The translations under genes were made by a program, and so were the position numbers. Shown here in pieces: positions 23,231 through 24,111 of a stretch of 24,111 nucleotides of DNA. The DNA is from Candidatus Zixiibacteriota bacterium (GTDB lineage: Bacteria > Zixibacteria > MSB-5A5 > GN15 > FEB-12). The notes beneath the pieces were generated by a model. It ran no database searches, was not told the DNA's origin, and worked only from the letters and a program-made list of their open reading frames with translations. The stretch is from positions 1 through 24,111 of the forward strand of contig JBGSIV010000176.1 of NCBI GenBank assembly GCA_041742355.1. Direction: 5' to 3'. The stretch's first letter is position 1. Every line of letters begins with the position of its first letter.

Positions 23231-24111
23231 TTAGTCGATCCCCGGCGTTCCGCCGCCGCCTGAGCCCGCGGCCGGGTTGTGGACGTTATTTGAGGTCGGT
23301 GAGCTGTAGTCGCGGCCATGGCAGTCGTAGCAGTGCTGCGGATGATCGCCCCGGTGGGCGTCGACCATCGGCGGCAGCGGATTGAGCGTGAGTCCTTCGA
23401 CCGGATCGACCGATGCCGTGCGGTCGGACGGCGGGTGACAGCCGAAACAGAAGCGGCGCACCTGCGCATTGTCGGTCTTTATGTCGGTCAGGCTATACCA
23501 TCCGGGGCGCTGATCGGAAAGGAGGTACCGGTTGGGGCCAAGGCCGCTGTATCCCTCCGAGCCATGCGGATTATGACAGTCGTAGCAGGGAAGACGCGCG
23601 CCCATCGGGACATAGCCGCCGCCGGAGCGGACCCCATGACCGCTGCGCCGACCGGGATTGATCGAGCGGTCGTAGTAGTATTCGATAGTGCGGGAGGTGT
23701 CTTCCATGGCTACCGGCCCGTTGTTGCTGTGGCAACTGAGGCACAGGGCGTAGTTGGCCGGGAGGTGGCCGATGTCGCTGCCGGTGATGCCCGAATAAGT
23801 CGTGTCGAGCATGTCGTGGGGAGCGGTGGTGCCGTGAACGTTATGGCAATTGCCGCAGGAACCGTCGCCGAAGAAATCCCTGACCGGCATGTCCTGGTCA
23901 GAGAAGTGGGGGGAGAACTGCGCGTTTTCCCAGATGATTCGGCCCGGCCAGCGGACGCGGTTGACGACCCCCGGGATGCGGGTCGTGCCGAGGGAGAATT
24001 CAAAGTAGCCGGGGTCGGAGCCCCCGATTGGAATGCGATCGGATTCCTGCGCGGGGTAGCCGGAGGTGGCGCCGGAGGGGCGGTCGGCATGGCAGCCGCC
24101 GGCCGACGCGG
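23231..24111 (-). CDS. Large multiheme c-type cytochrome, C-terminal part (5' end outside the window)
   Basis: The frame is open to the window edge (...ASAGGCHADRPSG...WPGRIIWENAQFSPHFSDQDMPVRD...). Contains CGNCHNVHG, CLSCH, CYDCHNPHG, CFGCH, CYDCH and VHNP. Confidence 0.9.
   Translation of the reverse strand, partial: ASAGGCHADRPSGATSGYPAQESDRIPIGGSDPGYFEFSLGTTRIPGVVNRVRWPGRIIWENAQFSPHFSDQDMPVRDFFGDGSCGNCHNVHGTTAPHDMLDTTYSGITGSDIGHLPANYALCLSCHSNNGPVAMEDTSRTIEYYYDRSINPGRRSGHGVRSGGGYVPMGARLPCYDCHNPHGSEGYSGLGPNRYLLSDQRPGWYSLTDIKTDNAQVRRFCFGCHPPSDRTASVDPVEGLTLNPLPPMVDAHRGDHPQHCYDCHGRDYSSPTSNNVHNPAAGSGGGGTPGID

Noticed and set aside
1..24111. CRISPR arrays, tRNA/rRNA, transposases, integrases
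   Set aside because: No regularly spaced repeats, structural RNA signatures or mobile-element motifs were seen.

Overview
GC-rich bacterial window, probably from an FCB-superphylum anaerobe (Zixibacteria/KSB1-like; inferred from the PNPFNP-type T9SS-like sorting domain). It has five blocks. (1) The 3' end of a group 3b-type [NiFe]-hydrogenase operon: small-subunit tail, large subunit and maturation protease. A single base at 162 appears to abolish the small-subunit stop and put a stop in codon 4 of the large subunit. (2) A 1625-aa secreted beta-helix/Ig-repeat surface protein. (3) A PAS histidine kinase and a REC-PAS-LuxR regulator. (4) A divergent stress-type cluster: SpoVG, three PRC-barrel genes, a degenerate ECF sigma and a CBS protein. 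(5) The main candidate system, a multiheme cytochrome locus: a large multiheme cytochrome, an outer-membrane beta-barrel, two PelC/CsgG-like lipoproteins and an NHL propeller, followed by a separately promoted hexaheme cytochrome with the motif order of the Geobacter OmcS nanowire subunit and a tandem heptaheme paralog, plus a convergent heptaheme cytochrome. This looks like an OmcS-type nanowire with its own export machinery outside Geobacterales. All family calls are by eye from motifs; no searches were run.
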